Of a DNA stretch of 64,000 nt, positions 50,901-64,000 are shown one piece after another. How positions within the stretch are numbered: the first letter of the stretch is position 1; each line of letters starts with the position of its first letter. Source of the stretch: Camelus dromedarius. Taxonomy: Eukaryota. A program made the position numbers and the translations under genes. Under the pieces are notes generated by a model. That model did no database searches. It saw only the letters and a program-made list of their open reading frames with translations, and was not told where the DNA came from. Where the stretch lies: contig NC_087437.1 in the NCBI RefSeq assembly GCF_036321535.1, forward strand, positions 43,464,001 through 43,528,000, given 5' to 3'.

Positions 50901-52829
50901 CAAAATGCAAGACGCAGTATTCAGGATTAGACATGGGTTTAACTTCAGCAAATTCCACAAAGTTTACTTCTCTAAAGATTAGAAAGTGTAGCCAGCACAA
51001 AGTTGACAGCAGAGAAACCAGCCACATTATCCTGCCACAAATATGATGATGATGTAAGCTTCTGGGATCCCCCAGCGTGGCCTCCCTAGTGGAAACAGTT
51101 GTGGATGATCTTAGTGAGTAAGGATCACATCAGACCTTCTGAAGGCTCAACTGCTCCCTTCAGCTCAGCCTTAAAAACACGAGGGTTAAGCAGACTGGGG
51201 GACAGCCCTGTCCAGATGTATGCTGATGGCCGCCACATCTGAGCCAGGAGCTTCTAATCAATCTTAGGGTTGTACAATGCACAGTAGGATAGCTAGTCTT
51301 TAGTACGTCCCTTGTTCACTTAATTCTGAACAAATGTTTCATTCATCACTCTTGCCCTTCCTAAGATTACCCCACTTGAACCAAGTACATTCCTGAATTT
51401 AGTGCTACAGAACCAGAGCAAGGTTTAATTACCTAGATATCTCTTGGAGTGCTGCTAACAGGACCGTGGATGAGCTAGAGGAGCTATTTGACAGAGTGGC
51501 ATAGAATCTACCATATTTTCATGCCAAATTTCAGTGGCATTAAAAAGAGTTCTTACAAATAGTTTTAACTTAATTTTTAACACATCTGTAGAAAACAATT
51601 CCATTAATATTTGAAAAATATATCTTTCCATGTCCTCAGATCTGAGAAATTTAGGATATAATCAATAATTTATTTTAAGGAAGCATACTGTCAAGACAAG
51701 TTATTACAGGAAGATAATGGTTTTAAACCATGTAATACTAGTTGATTGTATTCCATAATCAATCAATAAATAGCAAATCAATTTAAATGATAATCAGAGC
51801 CCTTAGATTAGAAACTATTTTGATTAAGTGGTCCTTTAAAATAAATGCCAGACATGATTGAAAATGTCACAAAATGAATCAGAATTTATTTCTGACATTC
51901 ATGTTGGCAGTATAACCTGCCAGGAATTACACATTCTAATTGAGGGCAGAATGGAGCCACAGGGAAGTAGACATTTCTGCAAATTAATATGACTCTTCCT
52001 TTAGTCTTTAGCACTAAACCTCATAAGCATTGGTGTATTAAAGAATATCTTAGAGGAAAGATAAAATCTATTTCAAGATACTTATTTTTTTACCTTTAGA
52101 ACTAAAAAGAAAAATAAAGAGGTCATAGAGTAGTCCCTATGTGGATTATTGATTCTTGTGTATTAGATATGAATCTCCATACAGCTGAAAATAAGCTATT
52201 GATATCTTAATTTCATTGCTTTAATTAACTTTACCAGTATCAAATCATGCATAGAAATAGCTAATTTAATACTAAAAATATATACTTTACATTGTTGTAT
52301 GAAGATTCACTGTGGGTGTAACAATATCTGAGATAGTAATTAAACTAAGCAACAGCACTTTATTTTACTATCTCTGCCCACACTGTATCATTCAATTAGC
52401 TTGTAATTGCTAACCCAATTAAATTATAATTTATATTCTATTATCTACAAGATATAACATATTATATGTTATTTGCCCAATGTACATGATAACTTATGTC
52501 CAAAATTTAACCAATAAAACACACCAAGATGTTTTATAATTTTAAAAACAAAATTTTTTCAAATAAATTTTGTCCTTTTTGGAAGTGATACAAGCATGTC
52601 ATAATTCTCAATTTTAGAGTATATTTAAGATCTGATCTCTAACCATTAGACCCAAATTCCTTTATCGGTTTAGCTGTTTTGTGGGCAGACAGAGATAAAG
52701 CCTTAGCCTTCCTTCTGTCGCTCTATTCAAACTTCACTGAGGACTCCTGAGCACTCACAGTGGGTCTGGATCTATACAGGTGACAGGGATTCAGGATGGG
52801 TCAGAGAAGACCCAGATGGTGCTCCACTG

Positions 52830-52990
52830 TGTTCAGTCAAAGCTGCTTTCATCTCAACTAAAAATGCTTCTCTATGTTCTCTTGGCTTAACAAACTCCTA
52901 TACATCTTTCTCAATACAATTTAATTGTCATATCTCCTATGAGACCTTTCTTGAAGCTGCCAGGGAGAGTTAAGTGTTAGTTCCTCCTGC
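52830..52990 (+). mobile_element. L2 LINE fragment
   Basis: 'caaactcctatacatctttc...tgtcatatctcctatgagacctttcttga'. Confidence 0.55.
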
Positions 52991-53016
52991 CTCAGAACCA
53001 TAAAATGTGTGAGTGC

Positions 53017-53018
<2 letters not shown>

Positions 53019-53056
<38 letters not shown>
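53019..53056. repeat. (GT)19 microsatellite
   Basis: Perfect dinucleotide run. Confidence 0.97.
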
Positions 53057-53058
<2 letters not shown>

Positions 53059-53173
53059 ACGTTCACACACTTGGGTGTGTGTTTCTAAAACTGTTGGTGG
53101 CTGTGGATTTAAGGTGGGCAACCCGAAGTTTTGTTACTTGTAATATTACTGAAATATGTTTGAATCATCCATA

Positions 53174-53510
53174 GTCAAAGTAATTTACACGATGTTGACG
53201 AAGCTTAAAGTTCAGGACCTCTTATTTGCATAGGCCCCTGTGAGTACTGAGAGTTACTGGAAGGTATACAATGTTCTAGGTTGAGAGGGGATGTCGGTTC
53301 ATGAACCACTTCTTTGTATTTCTGGTAAAGAGATCTCAAAAGAAAGGTATTTGAATCCTCAAGATTTCAATATTTGTTGTTTCACTGTCTTATTCTAAAT
53401 AAATATTTATTTTGTACATAAATTAGTGTTTGGGTATTTTTTCTTTTTCTTAAAGAAGTTATCCCCAGATTGTAATCAGATTCAGGCACCACAAAATTTA
53501 AATCGCCGTC
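53174..53510. mobile_element. Non-autonomous hAT-type DNA element (subfamily uncertain)
   Basis: 'gaagcttaaagttcaggacctcttatttgcataggcccc' and 'attcaggcaccacaaaatttaaatcgcc' resemble ends of old hAT MER elements. Confidence 0.55.
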
Positions 53511-53744
53511 TTTTGAAACTCCAAAGTAAATGCAGGAGAGCAAATCACTGAACTAGTGAGTAATCTTAGCATTTGTTTTGCACTCATCACTGTACTCAGT
53601 AAGGTCTTGCTGAGGTCCCATATGAGAACCATAAAATTCTTTGACCTTCTTTCTTGTTTCCTGTTCATATAATAATTTTTGCAAGATGAAGTTTCTGGAG
53701 AGTCAAAAATAAAGACACTGTAGTAGAGAAAGAAGAAACAAACT

Positions 53745-53920
53745 GAAGTCAGGGAGAGATCAAAATTCAAGGCTCAAGTCCCATGCCTAGCCTTACCTAT
53801 TGATATAATCATAGTTAATCAGTTTAAAATTTCTGATTCCCTTATTTCTGCATGTGTGAAATGCAGGCAACAGTATCTACCTGGCAGAGTCTGGGGACAA
53901 GTAGAGATGACATATTTTAA
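53745..53920 (+). mobile_element. MIR SINE
   Basis: 'atttctgcatgtgtgaaatgcagg...gtatctacctggcagag'. Confidence 0.55.
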
Positions 53921-55789
53921 ATCTTTCCTATATCACAGGTAATCAAAAAATGAGGTAACTGCCATTAGGATTGTTTGTGCTCTCAGTAAAAAAATGTTTT
54001 GGGAAATGGTTTCTGCCCATTTTTCTTTCATAATTCTAAGTGTAGCCATGAAAGTGTCACAGTTTGGTGCTAACATACCTATAACAGCTTTCTTTAATAG
54101 CAGGTAGCTTCTGATCTGATCCAACAAAGAGTTCCATTATCCAAACCTCTGAGTTCCATTTTTAAGAAAAAGACATGGCCTTTCTTAGCTCAAGATATTT
54201 ACCTTACCCACTGAGAAAATGCCAGGGAGAAGGCTGGCAGAGGGCACAGAATATTTTAAACCAAAACAATCAAACATGCAAGTCAAGTAGATTTCTTTTT
54301 TAATAGCATTTCTCGGTGAGGATGACTGCACATTTTGGATACAGGAGAAAGCTAATGTTTTCTATCTGTATACCCTCTTTTACTTTTAAAGAGCACCACC
54401 ACTTGATCAAGGAGGCTGAGATTGTTTGGAACTCTCGGAAATCACTGACAATGGTAACTAAACTCAAATTTCTCTTATCCTAAGCAGCTCTTGGTAGGCC
54501 AGCTTGGAAACCATTCACATCTACGGAGTTTTCTGCAGCTGTTTATCAAAGCTGATTTGTTCAAACAACTGGACATTTGAAACTGATTCCCCAAGGAGAG
54601 TTTACTTTATGTATCATATGTGCATGTTTTGCTGCTAAATCAGCACTCTGATGGACATATCAAGTGACAAATTACAAAGAAAAATAGATTTCTTTTTCCA
54701 AGAAAAAAATATCTGTTCCCACTTTTAAAGTGAGGTTGTGAGAACACATCGTGGGAGGAAATGAAGCGTGGCACTACTTTTAAAGTGTTGCTCCATTAAA
54801 ATGGGAATATGTCGATTTAGGTAGCCTGACTAATTTTACAGGAGTTTAATGCACAACTACGTCATTGAAATCACAAAACAGCTTCACTAACTTGGCTTTT
54901 AAGTGAAACTTGTCTTATTTAAGGGAAGCAGTTTACTTTCTGAAGTTGATAATAGATTAGGTAACATCAGACTAACTGTAGGGATGGTCAGGATGCTCAG
55001 AATATAGTCCAATAACATGAAGAATGTTGGCATATTCAATCTTTATTGCTCAAAATTTTGGTTAACAATAATCAGAAAAGGAAGGCACATTTTTATGTAG
55101 CTCAAATTATCAAAAATTTGGTCTTAGAGGGAACAAAAGCCAGAAAAATCTCACAGATGTGCAGTTACTCTCTAATGAATTACAAAGATGTTTCCTAATG
55201 TCACTGCACTGGGAGTCGGCGATGGAGGAACAAAGCCAAACAGTCAAACATTTAACTATCTATGCTAGATAACCCTTTGCCTACAGAGGAAAAATACTCT
55301 GTACTGCTAAAAACTTAAGTAGAATATTTCAAAATGATGTCTTTATTGTATTTTTAGAAGAACTACTATTTAGTAAGGCTTTCAAGGACAGCAGCTTATG
55401 TAAAACAGTTCATTTTGCTAATTGATTTATAAAATCTAATGTTGCACAAGGATGACCACCATATGTGTTAGATTCATCCTTTTGGGAGAAAGTTTTGAAA
55501 ACCCTCCTTTTTGTTACATCCAGGAATCAGCACAGTCTACCCATTGAGGACAACACAGAGGTGTTCAATAGCATTTACTGAAAGTATTAGTAATAATCAG
55601 TTGTCCATCTGAAGAGTTCTGGGCAGAAATTTAGACTACGTTGTTTCTAAAGGCTGTTATATCTCTAAAATTCAATGTTGTCTTAATTTTGTTTTCTTGT
55701 TCATGTTTATACGGGATTCTTTCTCATAAGAAAGTATGCGGACATTTCAAAAACAAAAACCAGACAAACAAAAAATGGTAATGGCCTTA

Positions 55790-55960
55790 ATGGGAAGAGC
55801 TTAACCTCTAGGGTCAGAAGAAAGGTCAGACCTTAAATCCTGACTGCCCCTTCTGACCTGTGTAACACGAGGGTTGTTATCCAATCTTTGAGACCTTGTT
55901 CATTTTTTTTCCCGTAAAATGATATTACGGATACAAATTACTTTCCCTATTTTGCATCAG
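55790..55960 (+). mobile_element. MIR SINE
   Basis: 'taaatcctgactgccccttctgacctgtgtaac...tctttgagaccttg...cgtaaaatga'. Confidence 0.6.
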
Positions 55961-56826
55961 AGTCTTTGAAAAGAAAAGGACTGCCAATTTATTTACTGCT
56001 CTTTTACATTATTATCATTATTAGTATCATTGGATGTGTTATTTTAAGAGAAATTTTACTTCATTCGTGCTTTGCAGCTTCCTACTCTGGGAGTATCTTG
56101 CATTCTCCTTCCCCACCTACAAATCTAAAGAACATTTCCTTTAAAATTGGCTGGATTTCTGTAAACACAGATTATATTTTCTTTATTATTTTAGTGAAAC
56201 AAAATACCATGATATAATTATGTGTATGCATATGTGTACTTGTAAAAGTAAGTATATTTTCTCTTCCTTATCTGTCAGATTGCAATGTTATTGCATTTGG
56301 CTAAAGACTGTGCATGATCTCCATATATTACCTCTGATTATTTTCACCCTGTTGTCATAATTTCTGTCCGAACTACCATTTCACCAATGCCTACATGCAA
56401 ATTATACAGGCAATGGGACAGAGATGCTAAATCATAACAAACAGAACAAATTCACCCTTTCCTATCATTCCGGTGGCAATTAAATGTCAGAAGTCTCAGA
56501 AGTGGGCTGCTGAGCTTAAGATCATAGTCATCAGTGGGTGAGCTGCATCTCTCTGCTTTGTACTTAGCCATGAGTTGTAACCCGGTCAGGAAAAAATCTG
56601 CATTCCTCTATGTTGGTTTGCATCAGAAGGAGAAAGGCATGCATTATATTTATTTATAACTTGGGAAAAGGGGGACACTTAAATTATGGAAACTTAGCTT
56701 GAATTATTTAATTAAATTTAAGGATATTTCTACTACCCAGTTTAGTTCATATCAGGTAGCAGTAGGAGTTTCTAATATGAACCATTTAGGCTGCAAGACT
56801 GATGCTAAAAAATGTACAATGGCTAC

Positions 56827-56828
<2 letters not shown>

Positions 56829-56867
<39 letters not shown>
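56829..56867. repeat. (TAT)13 microsatellite
   Basis: Perfect trinucleotide run. Confidence 0.95.
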
Positions 56868-56868
<1 letters not shown>

Positions 56869-59500
56869 TGACTGATGATCTGTATTAAAATGAGAGTCTA
56901 AGAAATAAATTTTATTTTTCAAATTATGTTTTTGTACCTGCCTCTCTATTTAAATTAAAAATATTAAGCAATTTTAAAAGAATTTGATTTATAATATTCA
57001 ATAGCACCCCATATTTTGAGGTCACTTAAAATTTGGAACATAATTAACTGTTTGAAACAGATTTAAAAATATGGATTTTTAAGTCTTTGAATATTTAAAA
57101 ACTAGATGTCAGAAAGTTCATATGCTAATGCTCATGCAATTTATTCTTTAAAAACTCTCAAATCCTCAGAGATTTTGTTCTTCTTTTGCAACCAGTGCTA
57201 ATACGCTGATCTCAATTTTATCCCTTATAAGCACAGCAAATAAGGAACAGATGAAAAGATACTGGCCATTAGTGACAGGGTTTCTGACAAGAATGAGGGA
57301 ATGAGGAGAGAGAGCTGGTAGCTCGAGTGTGAGCACAGGGACAAAACATCTGTGTATTATGGATAAAACAAAAATAAAAACACAACAGCAACAAAGAGCC
57401 CAAGAACCATTCATCCTGTGGAGAATTCATTCATCCTGTTTTTCTGGGAGAAAAAATATAACTTTGTATTTTGCAGTACAATGAATACAAAACAGTGATG
57501 CTTCTGCTAAATTGTTAGTAAGTTACAATTAGAATTCGTATTTTATAAAGTAGAAACTATTTTTCGCATATTTTAGAAGGATTTTTTTTTAATTTAGTAC
57601 TTCTGTGTGGGAGGGGATATGGGAAGAAATAATTACATGAAATAGCTGATTACTTAACAATTTCTGATAATTAAGTACTAATACAGAAATTCCAAACCCC
57701 AGTTGTTGTTGTTTTTATAACTTCTCTCCTTTTCAGTTATTCATGTATTTTTCTAAGGTTGTGCAGGCACTTAAATTACAGCTATAGTCAATTTATTTAA
57801 CTAACAGTCATTCCTGAAGAAGATTCATTAATAACTAGATTACAATAAAAATCCATGTAACTTCTGATAGCCCCTTTTCTCCAGGTTTTACTTAAAACAA
57901 AAACAAAAACAAAAAATACTCCTTTCTACTCTTTGAAAAGATGGTATTGAGTGAAAAACTGGGACAGGGCCAGGGGGAGAATCAAAAGAGACTGAACATG
58001 TAAATTATATTCATATATCCTTTGTTCTCTAAGAATTCAGAAAATGGAAGAATCCAGATAATCAAAATAAGGGTGAGACTATGGTAGTGGTTATCAGAAT
58101 TCAGAAGTAAAAAATGATGAGAAAGGATTACCTGGCCTAAATAAAGAGTTAGTGATGTCAACCTGTTAATAACTTCCCTGAGAAAATACTGTTTCTGACA
58201 TTTAATGCTCCAAATTCTCCTTGTAATCTTTGCTCCACTCTTTTATATGCCATAAAAGTCTGTTCTTCTGTAATTCAGTCATGATTCATGTTTTTATACT
58301 GGAATCATGAGCTTCAGTCTTGCTGTCTTACTAAAGGTAACTTCAAATATTTAAGCAATATGAACTCTTTTAAAAAAAAACTAAATAGGAAGATTGAACT
58401 GTAATTCATCTTTTTTCATCAAAACTAAGACTATATTTCCTCAATTATAAAATATCTTTGATTGTAAGAATCATCACCAAGTTAGAAACAATCCTTGAAA
58501 GAAAAACAACACTATCCTATATAAAATACGTATTGGTTGTGAAATGTGATTCAATTTCATACAATTTGCAATTATAAAAATATAAAAAAAATTATTTCTT
58601 AAAATTTGCTCCTTAAAAATGGAGGGATGGCACACATGATCAAGCAAGTGTAATTAAGTGTTAGGTATAGTTATATGAATGCTTACTGTTTTCTTTTTCT
58701 TTTGCTCTATATTAGAAAATTTTTCAAATAAAATGTTGGGGAAAATATGCTTCTTAGGATGGAATGGTTGAAAACTTCCAGTTCAAATTAAGAAAAATAG
58801 CATTTATTAGACCTTCAGTCGCTCTGCTGAATTCTTTCTATTGTCACTCCTTTGTGAATATGTTTTCATGAAGTTGTGCTCTCATAAATCAAGTATGAAT
58901 CAAATAACTTCTTTGGCAATATAGTTCCCATAAGTGATTTCACTCTTATCCATTGAGTCTTGTTAAAATTTCCTTCTTCCTTGATTTTCAAAAGTCCATG
59001 CTGAAGAATTTTCAAAACGCATAGCTCTTCATCTTAAGGTACTTCCCACATTCTACTTGTATTGTAGTCCCTGGGTCTGATCCTTAACACTTTGAGGGAA
59101 GATCCTTTGTCTTCTGTCCTTCACAGCAGAGGATTATAGCATGGGGAAGGAGAGCCCGAGGAGGAGGGGAAAGAGGACATTTTTTTAATTCCTCTAATTA
59201 AAAATCTGATTGGTAAAATCCTAATTTTTATCTGTTGTTAAATAACTTGTTGAAAGTGCAATAGCTAGTATATCCAGTTTGTTGGCAGCAAACAAATTTA
59301 AAAAGATGTCTGGAAAGAAGTTTAACTTTTTAAAGTGAACTTACGTATGCTGTAGTTTTTAACAGTATTTGAGCTCCGACCATAGTCAAGAATCTCAACT
59401 ACAATAAAGTGAGTGTGATTCCTTTCATAAATATTTGATGAAGCATGTATATGTACAATTTTGAATTTAACGTGACTGGTTAAATAAGTGATTTTTAACT

Positions 59501-59702
59501 GGGATTTCAAAATGTAGAATAGATAAACAAGATTATACTGTATAGCACGGGGAAATATATACAAGATCTTGTGGTAGCTCACAGCAAAAAAAGTGTGACA
59601 ATGAATATATGTATGTTCAAGTGTAACTGAAAAATTGTGCTCTGCACTGGAATTTAACACAACATTGTCAAATGACTGTAACTCAATAAAAGTTTAAAAA
59701 AC
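59501..59702 (+). mobile_element. Young 5'-truncated L1 3' tail with TSD
   Basis: 'tatactgtatagcacggggaaatatat...acaacattgtcaaatgactgtaactcaataaaa'; perfect 13 bp TSD gtgatttttaact at 59488-59500 and 59703-59715. Confidence 0.92.
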
Positions 59703-59889
59703 GTGATTTTTAACTTTTTCCCCCTGATTTTGAGACATTATTTCAATTGTTAATAACTTTAATATATACTCTTTAAAAAATGATATATGTAAAAATATTC
59801 ATTACGGCCTTTAAAAGGATAGGATAAAAACCTCAGAAATATAGAGGAGTGAATATAGCATAATGTTAAGTGCAGAAAACAGTACAGAT

Positions 59890-60015
59890 TTTATTTTATT
59901 TTATATTTTCCTTCTTTTTCATTACAGATTATTATAAGATATTGAATATAGTTCCCTGAGCTATGCAGCAGGACCTTGTTGTTTATCAATTTTATATATA
60001 GTAGTTTACATCTGC
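59890..60015 (-). mobile_element. L1 3' UTR fragment
   Basis: 'aagatattgaatatagttccctgagctatgcagcaggaccttgttgtttatc' is homologous to the L1 at 7270-7340. Confidence 0.85.
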
Positions 60016-63000
60016 ACATTTTATAATTCTATATTAAGCAGCTATAAAAATCATATACTTACTTAAAATGATTGAGAAGAAAAACTGAATTTTAACAACC
60101 TTTATAGCTTTGTGGTAAAATTCATGAAAATTTTTCCTCCTACTTCCCCAATCAATCTCAAAACTTTTCAAAATATTAAAAGTGTTGCTTTATTTGAAAA
60201 AAATGTGAAAAATGCAACTTTAAATGATATATAATACAGGAATCCATGTTTTCTTATTATAAATCTAAATATTATAGCAGAATCTCTAAGTTTGTATTTT
60301 GTAATGTTGTTTTTAATTTTTCCAGTAATAAATCTCCAAAGACAAAATTCAGCATCTTTTTTAGCATCCAAAGTGCAATTAATCTGGGGATGTAATATAA
60401 ATTTTTTTCTGAAGGATACTATCATTTTTTCATACACAAACCATTCGTTTTGGGGTTGTTTTTTAACAAGCAGGTAGGAGTTCATTTGAAGCACTCATCT
60501 CCTTAAAGCCATTTTGTTTTATATTTAGGATAGTGAGAACAAGCTGATCCGCTTTTCTATAGTAGTTAAGTGTAAAATTACAAAGCTTGCCAATGCATAC
60601 AGAAATTGCTAAAGGTATAAAATGCATTTATTATCCTGAGCCACAAAGATGGTGTGAAAGAAAAAAAAATGTATACTGTTGCCAAGTTTTAAGTGATTTA
60701 ACTAACAAATATGGCCCACTCTCTCACTCTCAAAATCCCAGTCCAAATATGAGGTTTAAATCTTTGCATAGACTCTTTCTCTGGGATTTTTCATGACTGT
60801 ATATCCTGGCCTTTGAACGTAGTGTAAAGTTCTATGCCACAGCTATATCTGTGGCCGCTACAAAATTAATTTTAGTGTGTTCGTGTTTGCCCGTGCTCAT
60901 ATAATGCTCTTCATAATTAATTATAAGGATCCCTCGCCCCATGCTTCTCTCATTTGAATAGTTAGGAGTGAGAATCGTGGTAATGTATGGAATTCTCTTA
61001 ACCCCAACCTATGTAACAGGGGAAGAAGGCAAATGGGTTCTTTGTCTCAGGAAAGATTTTTTGTTGCCATCTTTTGCTTTATATTCCTGCGGTGTGGAAC
61101 CATTTGCTGCTCAGGGCAGAGACTTGTAAATCATTATGAATGCAAATGAAGTTTTAATAGATTTTACTATATAATATATACTTAACATTCATTACATTTT
61201 GTGTTTTTCCCTGTAATGTCGTGATATAAATAAAGTAATATCATAGAAGGATGGAAAAAAACCCACTTTATTTCAAGATTTGTTTTGTGTTGACATTAAT
61301 AACCTAAGTCAATGATTAATTTGAAGAAGAACAAACAATTTGTTCTAGGGGCAAACAAAGGTTCAGATACCTTCCTTTAGGAGAGAAGGCAGTAAGATTC
61401 AGAGGCCAGGGAAAATTTTTTAAAAAGTGACTATAAGGGAAAATAGATTACTTAAGAGGCCTTGAGAGAATATGAAAATGAAAAACATATTAAAGTGCCC
61501 GTGTTGCAACCTCTATTGTCACAGTTGAGGGCCTTGTTTATCAAATTGTCAAAAGAAAGAGAGGAGAAAATAAAGTCATTAATCAAAACAAAATTATTTT
61601 TTAGTCTTTAAAATTAAACAAGTATCCAAATTTTTCAAGACGCAGTAAACAAGGTGCCTAAAATGCATCACCAAGTGCTGGACCATCTGCATTGAATACC
61701 ACTTTATGACAGATCTGAAATAGAAGTTGAGGATACCACAGAATAGGACTACGATCCCTTTTTAAAAAATCAATAGCTTTTAAAACCCCAAACGCTCTCA
61801 CGGCTGAGATAAATAAAGACCAAGAATCCATCCTGAACACACACAATGACTTCTATTACAAAGGGAAAAATGAAAATGCTGCTGTAACTGACACAGTCAA
61901 TAGATCCCACCTCAGTGTATACTGTACTTTCTATATTTTTAATTTAAATGCATATAGTTCCAGGGACTGGAGCATGATCAGCATTCATTCACTTCAGAGC
62001 ATAATAGAAGATGTGGAAGTTTGTCCCATAAATAAACATATAACCTGTCTTGGGTACCATTTGCTTAAAATATTTTCCCTGGAAACTTATCTAGCCATTC
62101 TCAGTATGTGGTTCTTCCTCTAACTTGCTCTTTATTACTGCTTTCCTTCTTTCAGCTAGAACTTGAGCAGAATGTCATGAAATTGTGACTTCTTGCCTCA
62201 GCTTTGAGGCCACATGGTCCAGAGTCCACAAAAACAGCAGCCCCGTTCAAAAAGAAGAGACGATATAAAAATATTTGCATTCAGAGTTTCGTGCGCTTGA
62301 AGAAATGCACAATTTATGAGCACATCATCTTTCCCAAGGACCCGAAAATATTTCTTAACCTTTGTGTGTATAAGCCCTTGGGGTAAAAGGGACCTCTACT
62401 TAAAAAAAAAAATTAACAAATACTAATCTAAAAGATCTTTCAGCAGCACTTTTATTCTTATTATAAAGGGTGCAGCCACCAATAAATCACTCACGAGAGC
62501 TCTGCAGTGTTCTTGGGGAGTGTGCAACAGACCCGTTTAACCCAATTACATTCAAGAGGTGACTCTCTCACTGATAGGCATCCAGAATTTCTAGGGCAAA
62601 TTCACAAATGCACTCGGAAGGCAAAATACACTATACAGTATTTGCCTTAGAAACTGTATAAACAGACCATTTTTTTTTTAATTTCAAGATAACATGTAGT
62701 GGAACCAGGTTTGTGCATTCACTATATCTAGATTTATCATTATTTTTCTTTAACCCATTGACTCTTTATCAGCCAAAAAGCAGTTCAAAAGATAGAGACT
62801 TGTTTTTCATTAAGGATCTTCCTCCATTTGTTTCATAACCTAGACATCCACTCAATGCATTAATTTCTGAAGTGAGGAATAAAGAAAACATTTCCGTCTG
62901 TATAAGAGGGACAGAGCTGTACAAGGAGAGAGAAATCAACCTGTCTGTTATAAAGAAGCACATGCATTTCTGTGTGTGATCATTTGGTTTCTGTATAAGA

Positions 63001-63369
63001 ATCAACGATATGTTCTATATATATGTAATGCAAATTATTTTGCATCAGAATTTTAAATAGGAAAAAAAATAGAAAGCAACTTAAGAAAAGAATGGTTTAT
63101 TGCTCTAGAAAGCCTCACAAAGGTATTTCAAGGGGAAAGAACACTTGGATCAATTCATATAGAGTGAGAGAGTTGGCCGTTTGAGAACCAAACTAAAAGG
63201 AATTCTCTGTAACCAAACCAGTAGAACTCAGTTTGACTGCAAGGTCACATAAAGATCAAAAGCCTAAGAGGACTGGCAATTTTGGTACATGATCCACAGT
63301 GAGATTTAAAAGAACAATTTTTTTTTTCAGAATATCATAACAGTTTTCCAGAAAACCCAAGAATCTTTA

Positions 63370-63506
63370 GCCACTTTCTGTTCAAAGTGTGATCCTCACA
63401 CCAGCAGCATAGGCATCATCCGGGGGCTGGTTAGAAAAGCCAATCTCAGGCCCTAAGCTGACACATTCAGGTGATTCTTACTCAGTTGAAAGTTCGAGAA
63501 GTGATG
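63370..63506. mobile_element. MER5A (internally deleted)
   Basis: 'tcaaagtgtgatcc...ccagcagcataggcatcatc...gttagaaa...caggtgattctta...aaagttcgagaag'. Confidence 0.85.
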
Positions 63507-64000
63507 TCTCGCCTTCAAAAATATTTGTCTCCTCCTCCAGATTTTCACAACTGTAAATAACGTCGTAACCTCAATGCATTGCTAGACCATAATCTGCTGG
63601 TAGCCTGAGGAAGCATAGTGCTGAAGCTGTGAGGCAGAATTTCTCTTTTCCAGACAGCTCTGACCTACCCAGAGCAATGACTGATCTTAAATGACCTGGT
63701 GCTTGAAAGAAATTAGCCTGGAGTTGCGAAGCCAAGATGAAATTTGTGGTGATTTCTAATCAATCTGGCAAATGGATGACTCAAGGGCTTCAAGACTGGT
63801 CATCTCTACTTAAAGCTTTTAAAACATCTGTTTGTTTTCATAGCTTTCTGTCTTGATTACCAGTGTTTCATGTGGTTTCTGTATTTATTCAACAGTTGTA
63901 GCATGTATTTCCACTCAGTGAATCTTTGTTTAATTTCTTAAGGTGATTTATGGATTAGACCTAAGGATGGGAAATACTTTCTAATTACTTAAAATAAAAC

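Noticed and set aside
54638..54660. RE1/NRSF-like word tcagcactctgatggaca
   Set aside because: Half-sites and spacing deviate from the RE1 consensus.
1..64000. ORF track entries as real protein-coding genes
   Set aside because: All are short (138 aa or less), many start at non-ATG codons, and those I recognise derive from L1 or Tigger. No multi-exon coding gene could be assembled.
1..64000. CRISPR array or prokaryote-type novel system
   Set aside because: No regularly spaced repeat-spacer array or operon-like ORF cluster; the sequence is clearly mammalian and repeat-rich.

Overview
AT-rich mammalian non-coding DNA (intronic or intergenic), most likely from a camelid, judged from a Vic-1-like tRNA-derived SINE and the absence of recognisable ruminant, pig or primate SINEs. 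No intact protein-coding gene, RNA gene or CRISPR-type system could be supported; the listed ORFs are chance ORFs or decayed L1/Tigger fragments. The window is a layered transposon landscape: MIR, L2, old L1M and younger L1 3' tails with target-site duplications (TSDs), a near-full-length Tigger1 carrying a SINE, Tigger2-type MITEs, MER5A, MLT1 LTRs and an ERV1-like solo LTR. The best non-routine signal is a ~480 bp minus-strand processed mRNA retrocopy at 37393-37868 (AATAAA, poly-A, perfect 15 bp TSD; parent gene not identified). Several unique, CpG-retaining blocks are candidate conserved regulatory elements or exons. Repeat names come from recalled consensus similarity, not a database search, and boundaries are approximate unless TIRs or TSDs are given.
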